A stretch of 64,000 nt of DNA from a virus. This document shows positions 47,719 to 57,065 of the stretch, in pieces. Under the pieces are notes generated by a model that ran no database searches, was not told the DNA's origin, and worked only from the letters and a program-made list of their open reading frames with translations. The stretch lies in the IMG/VR virus record IMGVR_UViG_3300013126_000010, positions 64,001-128,000 of that record; one strand, 5' to 3'. Position 1 is the stretch's first letter, and each line of letters begins with the position of its first letter. The translations under genes and the position numbers were made by a program.

Positions 47719-48337
47719 GTAAAAGTTCGTTATTTGTAATATGATTTATTAATTCTTTATCAGGAGTATAACCATATGATATATACTTTATTAATCGTTT
47801 TATAAATCCGGCTCTACTTATCTTATCTGGTTCACATGTAATGGTTTTGTTATTTTCATCTGCGAAAGTAGTTTCACCAACTTTTAATTTATATCCATCA
47901 GTTGCATATTTACAGATACCAAAATCAAAGTCATCTAATAAATCTTCTACCGAATTGTAAAATTTTCGTTTAATAAGTTGGATGTGAACCTCATGTCCAA
48001 CATTAAACGAAAATGTTTCGGCATTATTTGATGAAAATATAATACTACCTTCTCTACATGCTCTTAATTTAGAAGATAGTAATGCAAATTGAGTGTTATC
48101 TTTGAAAAATATATCCCAATCTGAATGACTCATAACTTCACGATTCATCATTTTTCTGACAGAACCACCGGCTAACCATGGACCATCATGTATATCTAAT
48201 TTTAAATACTCAGCTAATTTATTTCCAGTGTTCGTAAGTAACGAACGATTGGTGATAATATCTTTAAATGGTGGTCCTACAAATCGTTCGCGCTTAAAAG
48301 AATCACTTACGAAAGAATCCAAATTAAAAAAACTCAT
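47681..48337 (-). CDS. class II nucleotidyltransferase head-like protein (CCA/poly(A) polymerase-like)
   Basis: LAGGSVR...SDWDIF, FDF. Confidence 0.65.
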   Translation of the reverse strand: MSFFNLDSFVSDSFKRERFVGPPFKDIITNRSLLTNTGNKLAEYLKLDIHDGPWLAGGSVRKMMNREVMSHSDWDIFFKDNTQFALLSSKLRACREGSIIFSSNNAETFSFNVGHEVHIQLIKRKFYNSVEDLLDDFDFGICKYATDGYKLKVGETTFADENNKTITCEPDKISRAGFIKRLIKYISYGYTPDKELINHITNNELLLDFNTEVSDYEF

Positions 48338-49029
48338 GATACTGGTATCTCACCTGTTGTAACTTTACGGATAACTTCGACCTTTTTTTGATCTTCGGAT
48401 ATTGTAGCAGGTTTTACAAAACCATCCAAACCATATTTCTTACCGTTCCAAAAATCAGTTTTTTTATCAAGTATTCGTTCTGGATATTCTTCGACATATG
48501 CAACATCTTTTAAAATAACAGCCACAAAGTCATTCCAAATACCTCTATTCTGCGCACTTGTGTACGATTCTAGGAGCACCGAGTTAAGACCGTTACGTTT
48601 GCCCCAGGTAACTAATGCATCACCGGAATCAGGATAAAATCTCCAGCAATCTACTGGCCATCTATGAACATCACCATTACTGGGTACATTCAAATAGAAC
48701 AATCCATGAGGTTTTAATACTCTCATTATTTCTAAGTATAATACCCAAAATAATTCAGAATGTTCAAATACACTACTACATACGATAACATCGGTGGAAT
48801 TATCGGCAAATGGTAGAACATATGGATCATCTAATTTAACATCAACTCCGTTTCCATCAACAAAGTCAACGCCAATATATTCTAATCCAGGGGGGAATAT
48901 AGGACGTAAACTTCCATTTACGTCCTGGGAACCAATTTCAATGATTTTATAATCATCATTAATATTGATTAAATGATCATGATAGGTGTCTTTAAATTCT
49001 GTGCAATTTTTGTATGCAGTTGGATGCAT
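48334..49029 (-). CDS. class I SAM-dependent methyltransferase
   Basis: IEIGS, GVDF, VFEH, DCWRF. Confidence 0.85.
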   Translation of the reverse strand: MHPTAYKNCTEFKDTYHDHLININDDYKIIEIGSQDVNGSLRPIFPPGLEYIGVDFVDGNGVDVKLDDPYVLPFADNSTDVIVCSSVFEHSELFWVLYLEIMRVLKPHGLFYLNVPSNGDVHRWPVDCWRFYPDSGDALVTWGKRNGLNSVLLESYTSAQNRGIWNDFVAVILKDVAYVEEYPERILDKKTDFWNGKKYGLDGFVKPATISEDQKKVEVIRKVTTGEIPVS

Positions 49030-49045
49030 TATATATCTCCATAAT

Positions 49046-49079
49046 AAAAAAGGTGATTACCATAATGATAACCACCTTT
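49046..49079 (-). terminator. terminator-like hairpin
   Basis: AAAGGTG...CACCTTT followed by a T run. Confidence 0.5.
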
Positions 49080-49082
49080 GTA

Positions 49083-49661
49083 TTATAGCAATATAATGGT
49101 AATCGCCAAGCAAAACAGTGAAATAAGAACTATAGCCCATGACCGGTCATCTGATAAACCTTCTTTGTAGTATTCTTCAATCACTGGATTATTCAACCAA
49201 TTAAATTTAGTAGTAGAATACTTGATTCTAACATCACGATTGTTTCTAATATACCAGAATAAATATCCCAACCAAATTGTTGTAAACACAAATGATTGAA
49301 TTATGTCATGTATTTGTGTTAATACATCATTACCTAGTACTTTGTATACAATTAGTCCAGTAGTAATCATACCAACCGGTGTAGTTAAAAAGTTGTTGGC
49401 TTCAACGTTTAATTCTTTCATTGCTGCACCGAGTGCTTTAGCAACACTTTGTCCAATATCAGCATACTTACCAATATCTTCTGCTGATGGTGCAATAACT
49501 TGGTTAGGTTTTGAATTTAACGCCGCTGTCTCAGCGATTGTTTTTGCAATCTCTGCTCGTTGTACAGCCGTTAGGTTATCAAACCCTGTTAAATCATTAG
49601 TTGTAATGGCACTTGCATGATACGACAACATAATACCGCATAACATAATAATATATTTCAT
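49083..49661 (-). CDS. exported/membrane protein
   Basis: Signal peptide plus 2-3 TM helices. Confidence 0.7.
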   Translation of the reverse strand: MKYIIMLCGIMLSYHASAITTNDLTGFDNLTAVQRAEIAKTIAETAALNSKPNQVIAPSAEDIGKYADIGQSVAKALGAAMKELNVEANNFLTTPVGMITTGLIVYKVLGNDVLTQIHDIIQSFVFTTIWLGYLFWYIRNNRDVRIKYSTTKFNWLNNPVIEEYYKEGLSDDRSWAIVLISLFCLAITIILL

Positions 49662-49685
49662 TTTATTTTTACCTATATAGTGTGA

Positions 49686-50195
49686 TTAAGAAACTTGACA
49701 TCCAAGATTGCGCAACTCTTTTCTAAATTCAGTTGCAACTTTTGCATCACTGCATTTGATGTGTTGGATATTTATTTTAGAAGCATCCCAATAATCTTTT
49801 GCTTCTTTAAAACCAAATCCCGTGAATGTTGTAATACATTTAATAACTGGCACAGCATTACCTGCACTCTCTGCAGCGGCAGCACGAAATGCTACCGTGT
49901 GGGATGTTCCACCTGACATCATTGCCATAAAAATTTTATGTTTCAATGATTTACCGACTGCTTCTCCCATTGCATCCCAAACTTCCATTCCTTTAGTTGG
50001 ACCATAATATGCAGTCAATGATGTCACGAATTGAATTCCATCGGCAATTACTGATTCCATTTCATGATCTGGTTCAGGATTTTCAACCACATCATGTGAA
50101 ATACAACTTGGGTCATGTTCAATGATGCCATCGATTCTTGGGTGACCGCAGCAAGAACAATAACCAGTAATTTTACCACTCATAATAATCTCCAA
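49686..50195 (-). CDS. protein with C-terminal ribosomal L7/L12 CTD-like domain
   Basis: VPVIKCITTFTGFGFKEAKD...EFRKELRNLGCQV. Confidence 0.6.
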   Translation of the reverse strand: MEIIMSGKITGYCSCCGHPRIDGIIEHDPSCISHDVVENPEPDHEMESVIADGIQFVTSLTAYYGPTKGMEVWDAMGEAVGKSLKHKIFMAMMSGGTSHTVAFRAAAAESAGNAVPVIKCITTFTGFGFKEAKDYWDASKINIQHIKCSDAKVATEFRKELRNLGCQVS

Positions 50196-50231
50196 ATAAA
50201 AAGGCGTATAATTTACTTAACTTATAAGTAT

Positions 50232-50260
50232 ATCATACGCCTTTATTATGGTTATGTCAA
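50232..50260 (-). promoter_or_regulatory. sigma70-type promoter
   Basis: TTGACA-17-TATGAT. Confidence 0.7.
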
Positions 50261-50265
50261 GTATT

Positions 50266-51327
50266 TTATGCTAAGTCAACATCATATCGACCTGAGTTGA
50301 TAGTATCAAGCATAATCGAAACTGGTGTAAAGTTTTCAGCTGCTAAAATACTACGTAATATACTTGGACTGTATCCACTTACCATTGCAGTTCCTGTTTG
50401 ATCAAATTTTACAGGTACATGGCCTGCATCATTCAGGTTCCAAAATATGATCGACGGCAAAGTAAATCCTGCTTTTTCATATTTTCTTTTTACCATTAGT
50501 AAAGCACAATCATATTTATTACATGCCTGATTAAATTGCATGTCAGAGCATATTAACAAATATTTTGGCATTTCTTCATCGGTCAATTTATTATCCAAAC
50601 CAACTTTCAAAATAGCATCGAATGCTGATGCCAATGATGTACTCATCCCCCATTCCATTCGGTTCAATTGATTCATTTTTTGAATCAAGTTTCCTTTCAG
50701 AACTTCAATACGAGAATTTTCAGAGAATGTCAATACAACATCTTTAAATGGTCCAGTATTTTTATCTGCACAGTATAAACCAAGTGCAATAGAAATATCT
50801 ATACAACGTAGGTTAGGATTGCCACCGACTGAACAAGTCATTGAACCAGAAACGTCTGCCATAACCAAAATATTACCACCAGTCATATAGTTAGGCAATG
50901 CTTCCCATTGTGCCAATGCAACGTCCCTATCACCAGTATTAACTGATTTTACCACATCATGAGGATAAATTGCACTAGCATTAATTTTGGTATCACCTGA
51001 TACCAATCCAGCTTTATATGCGGTATATTGTTCAGGAGCATTTTTATTAAATGCTTTTTGGTATCGTGCTGCAGCTACAGATGGTACATGTGAAAACTCA
51101 ATGGAATCCCATTGTTGGGCGCACATCAAATCCTCCACCGTTTCTGACATATCAGCAACAGTTTTTCTATACATCTTAGGTGATAGTTTGAAGAATTGTC
51201 TCAATTCTATAGCAATGTCTTTTTTAGATGATTTTTCACGAGGAAGCCATTTACAGCATGTTCCTGCAGTGTTTAATTGTTGTTTTAACAGGTTAGTAAG
51301 TTCGATTTTAGAAGTCATATTATTCAC
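50266..51327 (-). CDS. DUF2828/TROVE-vWA protein, C-terminal piece
   Basis: KWLPRE, HVPSVA, KINAS.IYPHD, vWA MIDAS DVSGSM, CSDMQFN, IIFWNL, VSGYS. Confidence 0.85.
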   Translation of the reverse strand: MNNMTSKIELTNLLKQQLNTAGTCCKWLPREKSSKKDIAIELRQFFKLSPKMYRKTVADMSETVEDLMCAQQWDSIEFSHVPSVAAARYQKAFNKNAPEQYTAYKAGLVSGDTKINASAIYPHDVVKSVNTGDRDVALAQWEALPNYMTGGNILVMADVSGSMTCSVGGNPNLRCIDISIALGLYCADKNTGPFKDVVLTFSENSRIEVLKGNLIQKMNQLNRMEWGMSTSLASAFDAILKVGLDNKLTDEEMPKYLLICSDMQFNQACNKYDCALLMVKRKYEKAGFTLPSIIFWNLNDAGHVPVKFDQTGTAMVSGYSPSILRSILAAENFTPVSIMLDTINSGRYDVDLA

Positions 51328-51357
51328 TCTGGAAAGTTATTAAAGAAAGTATACTTT

Positions 51358-51385
51358 ATTATATCAGGTATATAGAAAAAATCAA
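51358..51385 (-). promoter_or_regulatory. sigma70-like promoter for the C-terminal piece
   Basis: TTGATT-16-TATAAT with extended -10 TG. Confidence 0.55.
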
Positions 51386-51409
51386 GAAATATTTTGATAA
51401 ATAATAGAT

Positions 51410-51439
51410 GTAGATCGCGATATGGGGATATCCATCTAC
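51410..51439 (+). promoter_or_regulatory. structured leader upstream of Seg-type endonuclease 2
   Basis: GTAGAT-CGC-GATAT gggg ATATC-C-ATCTAC, preceded by ATAAATA. Confidence 0.6.
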
Positions 51440-51466
51440 TTTAACAGTCATTAGGAGACTATCAAC

Positions 51467-52399
51467 ATGAATATTTATTCAAACTTTAAACCAACATATT
51501 TATATATCAAAACACACAACGTTACTGGCCTTCAGTATTTTGGTAAAACAATAAATGATCCATTTAAATATAAAGGTTCTGGTAAACGCTGGTTAAATCA
51601 TTTAAAAATTCATGGAAATAATGTCACTACTTCAGTAATTGGTTATTACACTGATGTTAATTCCTGTATCGATGTTGCTATTAAATTTAGTGCAGAACAT
51701 AATATAGTAGAATCAACTGCATGGGCAAATATTATACCAGAAAATGGAATTAATGGTGGTGGAACTGCATCACAACTGCACACTGTTCCTGTAAGAGAAC
51801 AGGCTGCATTAACATGTTTAGCAAGATATGGTAAAGAACACCCCTCATTAGTTCCATCGATAAAATTAAAAGCCAAGGTCACTCATATACAAAGATATGG
51901 TGACCTTGGGTGTAATTTAAATTCATCCAACTCCATCGCAAAACGGAATAAAACGAATTTAATTAAATACGGTAATGCATGTGCCGCCAACAAAGATGGT
52001 AATAAATCATCAATAATTGCACAGAGAACATTAAGATCTAGACCAGTCATTTTGGAACTAAAATTTCATGCATATAAAAGAAAAATATCACTACCATCTA
52101 ATTGGGTGTATAAGGACGACGACTGGCTGAATAACACATTATCTACCATATTAAAACTACCTGTATATGCTCCTGATATTAGTATGTACAATAATAGTCA
52201 ATTATCTAGATATAACAAGTTAAATAGACCACAAGTAATCAGATTATTAGAAATATCAAATTTATTGGATATAAAATTAGGTAAAAACTGGTTTCAACAA
52301 TCTGATTATTATATTTCTAACCTTCTTGACGAAGTTTTAATAACAATTTCTGACAGTCATCTTCCGACATCTCTTCAATTTTTGAAAGATATAATTTAG
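51467..52399 (+). mobile_element. Seg-like homing endonuclease inserted antisense within the DUF2828 gene
   Basis: YLYIKTHNVTGLQYFGKT...YKGSG; same N-terminal domain as the 44609 ORF. Confidence 0.8.
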
Positions 52400-52808
52400 C
52401 TTGTATTCCAGCATCCAATGCTTCTTTGATCAATCCATAAGCTTGATCTTTAAAATGTTTGGTAGTGAAAATTAACAAATCATCAAATCTACCATATTCT
52501 GGAACATATGGAATTACTTTTTCCAGCATTTCTGGATGGTTTGTTTCCATATATTGCAGAATATCACGGAAGATTTTACGTTCACCTGCACCACCACGAA
52601 CATCACGTGCCCATAATGCCACCTTGATGGCTAATTCTTTATCTTCTTGAAATGCTCGTTCGAATTGTGGGGTAATATCTTTTCCACGTGATGCGCCTAT
52701 TGCGAAAAACAAATTTACCAAGTTGTCACAAGAAGTTGTGTAAGCTACCATACCATTTGCGGTAGTGGTTTCGAATTGGGTGTTTTGTACTGCTGTTGAA
52801 AAGCTCAT
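52317..52808 (-). CDS. DUF2828/TROVE-like protein, N-terminal piece
   Basis: TANGMVAY, LFFAIGASRG, WARDVRGGAGER, EYGRFDDL. Confidence 0.85.
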   Translation of the reverse strand: MSFSTAVQNTQFETTTANGMVAYTTSCDNLVNLFFAIGASRGKDITPQFERAFQEDKELAIKVALWARDVRGGAGERKIFRDILQYMETNHPEMLEKVIPYVPEYGRFDDLLIFTTKHFKDQAYGLIKEALDAGIQAKLYLSKIEEMSEDDCQKLLLKLRQEG

Positions 52809-52819
52809 GTTTCACCTAT

Positions 52820-52859
52820 CAGGTTAATGTTAATTTTAAGTTGTTGCTGTATATAACCT
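52820..52859 (-). ncRNA. AGG-ACAGCAA-CCUG family element 1 (leader of the DUF2828 gene)
   Basis: AGGUUAUAU ACAGCAA ... UUAACCUG directly before RBS AGGUGA. Confidence 0.6.
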
Positions 52860-52860
52860 T

Positions 52861-52889
52861 ATTATACCATATAAGTTATGGTATGTCAA
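52861..52889 (-). promoter_or_regulatory. sigma70-type promoter
   Basis: TTGACA-17-TATAAT with extended -10 TG. Confidence 0.8.
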
Positions 52890-53157
52890 AATATTTTTTT
52901 AATTTATTAAGTTTAATATTCCATCTATTAGTATGTTCATGAAATGAACCGAATATACTATCTTGATTTTCATTAACCCAGTCTTTCACTATATCAACTT
53001 CATGTGAATATAACCATGATGATGGGATTGTGAATTTATTTGTTAGATTCTCAAGAATATCATAATATTTGTCCAAATAATATACTTTATCATTTTTTAA
53101 GATATCATTAGTGTCATGTTTATTATGAATAGGATCTAATATTTCACAAACCTTCAT
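52876..53157 (-). CDS. hypothetical protein
   Basis: 93-aa ORF. Confidence 0.65.
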   Translation of the reverse strand: MKVCEILDPIHNKHDTNDILKNDKVYYLDKYYDILENLTNKFTIPSSWLYSHEVDIVKDWVNENQDSIFGSFHEHTNRWNIKLNKLKKYFDIP

Positions 53158-53354
53158 AGTTTACCTTCTGCTTTTAACCGAAGATATTCTTCTCGTTTTC
53201 TTAGTACTTCTGGGTTGTTTGCCCATCGAGTAACAATATCACCAAACTCATGAATTGCGTTCAATTGTTTAATCAATATATTATATTCTTCTTTTTTCTC
53301 ATCAGACCAATTTTCATCAGCTGGAGGGTATTCTTTTAATTCATTGATGTTCAT
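53154..53354 (-). CDS. hypothetical protein
   Basis: 66-aa ORF. Confidence 0.65.
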   Translation of the reverse strand: MNINELKEYPPADENWSDEKKEEYNILIKQLNAIHEFGDIVTRWANNPEVLRKREEYLRLKAEGKL

Positions 53355-53377
53355 GTTTATTCCAAAAAATAAAATAT

Positions 53378-53543
53378 CAGGGTAAAGATTACGATTATTT
53401 TCCTTGGCTAACGTGGTCCCAAGTTTGTTTGCTCATATGTATTATACCTTCACAGATCTCTATGACTTTCGCCAACATCTCCAGTATTGAATACCCGATT
53501 TCAAACTCCATTAATATAATTATGGTTTTGCTGAATTTACCCT
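53378..53543 (-). ncRNA. AGG-CAGCAA-CCUG family element 2 (166 nt)
   Basis: AGGGUAAA/UUUACCCU 8-bp closing stem with CAGCAA. Confidence 0.55.
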
Positions 53544-53559
53544 ACAACTATTATTAAAT

Positions 53560-53990
53560 GTCTGCATTCTTATACTCTGCCACCCAATATGATTCGTAGT
53601 CATACTAGTGATGGTTATTCTCCATCCTATCAATAAAATAATAATTCTTATATTACTATACACGTGCCTTAAATGCCTTCTCATAGTGGATGACTCATTA
53701 CCTTCATCGTTGGAAAATAGTAGCCTGACTACTACAACCTGCATAATTCTCTGCCATATCTATGGTGTATAGTAATACGTAGTGCTTTTAGACTTATTGT
53801 CTAAGGATCATACTCATTGCTTATATCTCAATTATAAACCGATCTTACAACCCAATATGATATTTTATAGTATAATATTGACTAGTTCGTTACGCTAATG
53901 TATTTGATAGATTCATACTAACTGTAGTATGCAATATATATGTTGTTAACATCAATCTATCTGCATTCTCTCTGCCACAAATATGTAGTG
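53560..53990 (-). other. degenerate tRNA-like units
   Basis: UGGCAGAG(N2-6)AUGCA D-arm motif at 53575, 53749 and 53970. Confidence 0.5.
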
Positions 53991-54061
53991 TATCATGTAG
54001 TATATAATATTATGTCATATTTGTATTATAACATAATTATTTGTCTATGTCTAGACAAATT

Positions 54062-54173
54062 TGGCGGGCTAGAATAGACATTACTCTATTGTATGTACTG
54101 TTCGTCCACTGTTAGTGTTTACTATGTACGATGGTTGCGATACCATCTGCATATGTTTCTCTGCCACTAACCC
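54062..54173 (-). tRNA. atypical tRNA-like gene (8-nt anticodon loop, long variable region, CCA end)
   Basis: GGGUUAG/CUAGCCC-G-CCA acceptor; GAUGG-UAUCGCAA-CCAUC. Confidence 0.5.
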
Positions 54174-54182
54174 ATAATTCAT

Positions 54183-54258
54183 TGGAGATCATAGTTGGAT
54201 TTTAACCAACGTAAACACGGTTTTGCAAACCGGCGCATAAACACTCTGCCATATGACC
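54183..54258 (-). tRNA. tRNA-Cys(GCA), non-canonical T loop
   Basis: GGUCAUA/UAUGAUC-U-CCA; UU-GCA-AA loop; T loop UUAAAAU. Confidence 0.75.
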
Positions 54259-54271
54259 ATAATTGTTTATT

Positions 54272-54511
54272 TTAACTTTTTTCTATCGTAATTTCGATTG
54301 TTTTTGGCACAATTGAAATATGAATTGGTTCCGGGATAATTTGACGAGCCGCTTGGATAATGCTATCAAAATATTCTTGAATTTTATGCATAGGTAACGT
54401 ACCAGTATCTACTGTAAATATTACCCTATCACCTTCTGTCAATTTAGTTACATCTAACAAATCAATTTTTTCTATTTGTTTTATCATTTTTATTCCTATA
54501 TTGGAGCACAA
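54272..54511 (-). CDS. hypothetical protein (likely start MIKQIEK)
   Basis: 79-aa ORF. Confidence 0.6.
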   Translation of the reverse strand: MCSNIGIKMIKQIEKIDLLDVTKLTEGDRVIFTVDTGTLPMHKIQEYFDSIIQAARQIIPEPIHISIVPKTIEITIEKS

Positions 54512-54696
54512 ATCAAGAATTGAACTTGAATTTAAAAAATATTAAAAAATTTATTAAATAAACTACCTGATACTGGTACACCAGTAATAGTAACAACATT
54601 GGCTATTACATCAGACAGCTGGTCATTTCCTAAATATTTATTCATGTACCGGACCATTTATGCTATTAATACAACAGTAAATCAAAATCGTATGAC

Positions 54697-55368
54697 TTAC
54701 TTATAACGGCAATTATCAAAATGATATCGAGTCATGTTTGATGTGCCACCACTTTTATTACAATATGGACAAACAACAACTTCCTGCTTACCTGTTGTTA
54801 TACCTTTATTCCATGGTATCTGTTCACCAATTTTTCCTTTATTCCACGGAGTATTTCCAAGCCCTTTTCCAGTTCGATTAATAGAGATTTTTTCCTTTAT
54901 TTCTTCTGTCATTGGGTGTGGAGGGATTCCTCTCCTATGTAATAGTACTCTTCCGGTATACCATCCATCTGGAATTAATTCAGTGTTTAGGATTTTTTTA
55001 TTTATTTCTCCGTTAGTTATCCAAATAGTACCATATTGGCTATTATTCGCACCACGTTGATTATCGGAAATGGTGTTAGTGAATCTTCTTTTCAACCATC
55101 CATACAACGTTCGATTGATTCGTTTGCCTTTATGGCCTTGACACATTTTATTAACAGCATAAATTAGTGTGTGATGTTCTGGATATATTTTTACCAATAA
55201 CACGTGGCATAAAAAATGTTCTTCTGGTGTTAGTTTAACCAAATTATCCTTATTATTTGTTCCACCAATACACTTAGGAATAATATGATGTCTCTCATGG
55301 TATTCATTATCTATGTTTCTAGATTGCGCTCTAATAATTAATTTATTATATATTTTTTTATAATCCAT
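54697..55368 (-). mobile_element. Mob-type HNH homing endonuclease with NUMOD-like tail
   Basis: HERHHIIPKCIGG...NLVKLTPEEHFLCH; PWNKG repeats; ATAAATA at 55373-55379. Confidence 0.9.
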
Positions 55369-55398
55369 TAATTATTTATCAATTTCGAACTTGCGTAA

Positions 55399-55436
55399 CA
55401 GGCGTGGAATGCTAAAATTACTGCTGTAACTATCCT
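55399..55436 (-). ncRNA. AGG-ACAGCA family element 3 (imperfect)
   Basis: First 15 nt AGGAUAGUUACAGCA are identical to element 6. Confidence 0.45.
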
Positions 55437-55627
55437 AAATTTTATAATTCGTCTTCTTCAAGAAAATGGAACTGATACCCATCTGGCATATTCATTCCAA
55501 CTTGATTACATTCATCAATGGACATTTCTTCATCTTGAAATGCACCAAAAACAAAATCAAACATCGTTTGGGGTTCAACCATCTCAAAAAATGTCATACT
55601 ATTTCTCTCTAAAATCAATTATAATAT

Positions 55628-55656
55628 ATTATAGCATGATTATGGTTTGATGTCAA
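55628..55656 (-). promoter_or_regulatory. sigma70-type promoter
   Basis: TTGACA-17-TATAAT with extended -10 TG. Confidence 0.85.
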
Positions 55657-55661
55657 CGCTT

Positions 55662-56384
55662 CTACGCTAACAAGTTAGCCCAATCAGGTTTATTTTTATA
55701 GAACATATGAAGATTATTATTTATTTTTTCATAATTTAAGTTATAATATGTTGCTAACACATGTAAACTAGTGGTTGAAAATAAACTAACATGTCCATTA
55801 CGAGGACATGCATACCACCATTCTAGCGGTATTGATATATTTTTATCATTAATTAATGTCGAAAATAATATAACACCAGTAGGTGATAACCTATGTAACA
55901 GTTCTATCATTGTTGCATGGATGTCAATACAATGCTCAAATACTTCAAATGCAGTAATTAGATTATATTCACTATACAAACTAGTTAATTCTATGCTATC
56001 ATAATACTTGTCATATGATATGGAATTCCAGCCATTGCTTTGTAATGTTTTGGATAATAATCCTTTCCCACCACCATAATCAAAATGAGTTATATTAGGT
56101 AAATATTTTAATAATTTATTATTAATAAAGCATGCATTGGTGAATGGTCTGGTGTATTCATGATCTGGATCTATTATAGCATAATCATCATTATATACAT
56201 AATACCCAAGTTTACTATCACCCCAGTCATACATGGTCGGTGTATACACAAACCCACAATATGGGCATCGTCTATATTCGATAAGAATATCACTCCCCCC
56301 ACCATGTATTCCAATACTAGATTTATTGAAATCTATATTATCAATAAATACAGTGTCATTATTACAAATAGTACAGGTATTCAT
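55662..56384 (-). CDS. class I SAM-dependent methyltransferase
   Basis: N-terminal CxxC/CxxC, FDYGGGKG, FEVFEH, GHVSLF. Confidence 0.85.
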   Translation of the reverse strand: MNTCTICNNDTVFIDNIDFNKSSIGIHGGGSDILIEYRRCPYCGFVYTPTMYDWGDSKLGYYVYNDDYAIIDPDHEYTRPFTNACFINNKLLKYLPNITHFDYGGGKGLLSKTLQSNGWNSISYDKYYDSIELTSLYSEYNLITAFEVFEHCIDIHATMIELLHRLSPTGVILFSTLINDKNISIPLEWWYACPRNGHVSLFSTTSLHVLATYYNLNYEKINNNLHMFYKNKPDWANLLA

Positions 56385-56767
56385 TATAAATATGGTGTAA
56401 TATACAATAATTCAATTTCAGATGTACTCATTGGATTTACATTTGAATATTGTTTGTACAATCCTCCAAATTTCCTAGTTACTCTGTCATAAGTATAAAT
56501 TATATCAACTGTTGTTTGATCAACATAACAAATGATACCTTGACTGGGTATACCATCAAACCATTCTGGTGCAGTATACAATTCCCATTCATCAGTATTT
56601 GCAAATACTTCAGTGTGCGGTTGAGTTACCCCATCCTTATAAACCAATGTCATAATAGTATTGGAATCATATTCCAAATACTTGATTGGATTATCTGGAT
56701 TAGCCCATGCCAATTTCGATACTCTGTCGCCATTTAACATTGCTTGTAAAATTTCTTTACGTGTCAT
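56384..56767 (-). CDS. hypothetical protein
   Basis: 127-aa ORF. Confidence 0.65.
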   Translation of the reverse strand: MTRKEILQAMLNGDRVSKLAWANPDNPIKYLEYDSNTIMTLVYKDGVTQPHTEVFANTDEWELYTAPEWFDGIPSQGIICYVDQTTVDIIYTYDRVTRKFGGLYKQYSNVNPMSTSEIELLYITPYL

Positions 56768-56792
56768 ATTTTTTTCCTAAACAATAATATAT

Positions 56793-57065
56793 TTACTGTT
56801 TTTTCTTAATACTAAATTTTAATGTACTAAGGTCGTATCCACGTTCTTCTAATAATTTTACCAATGGTTGTTCTGAAATCATCGACCCTGGTCTGTATCT
56901 TTCATTACAGAAAACTTGAAATAATAATGCACTATCTGCACCATTATGTCCTGCACCATCACCCCAGAATACAATTATATCATCTGGATCTTTACGTTCC
57001 AACTTTCCATATTGTAATCTAAGTTCACCATCTTTTGCTTTAGGTGGCCTGAATTGTTTAGCCAT
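56793..57065 (-). CDS. hypothetical protein
   Basis: 90-aa ORF. Confidence 0.7.
   Translation of the reverse strand: MAKQFRPPKAKDGELRLQYGKLERKDPDDIIVFWGDGAGHNGADSALLFQVFCNERYRPGSMISEQPLVKLLEERGYDLSTLKFSIKKKQ

Noticed and set aside
51328-52316. Group I intron restoring the DUF2828 gene
   Set aside because: No recognisable P7 or catalytic core; the insert is almost fully occupied by an antisense ORF, and the 3' piece has its own promoter. Not formally excluded without RT-PCR.
53520-53744. ORFs 53520-53744, 57178-57462 and 59403-59624
   Set aside because: They overlap RNA genes, lack an RBS or lie on the opposite strand, and have no protein-like features
53560-54258. CRISPR array
   Set aside because: The repeat is only an 8-12-nt tRNA D-arm motif with irregular 85-221-nt spacing, and there are no cas genes
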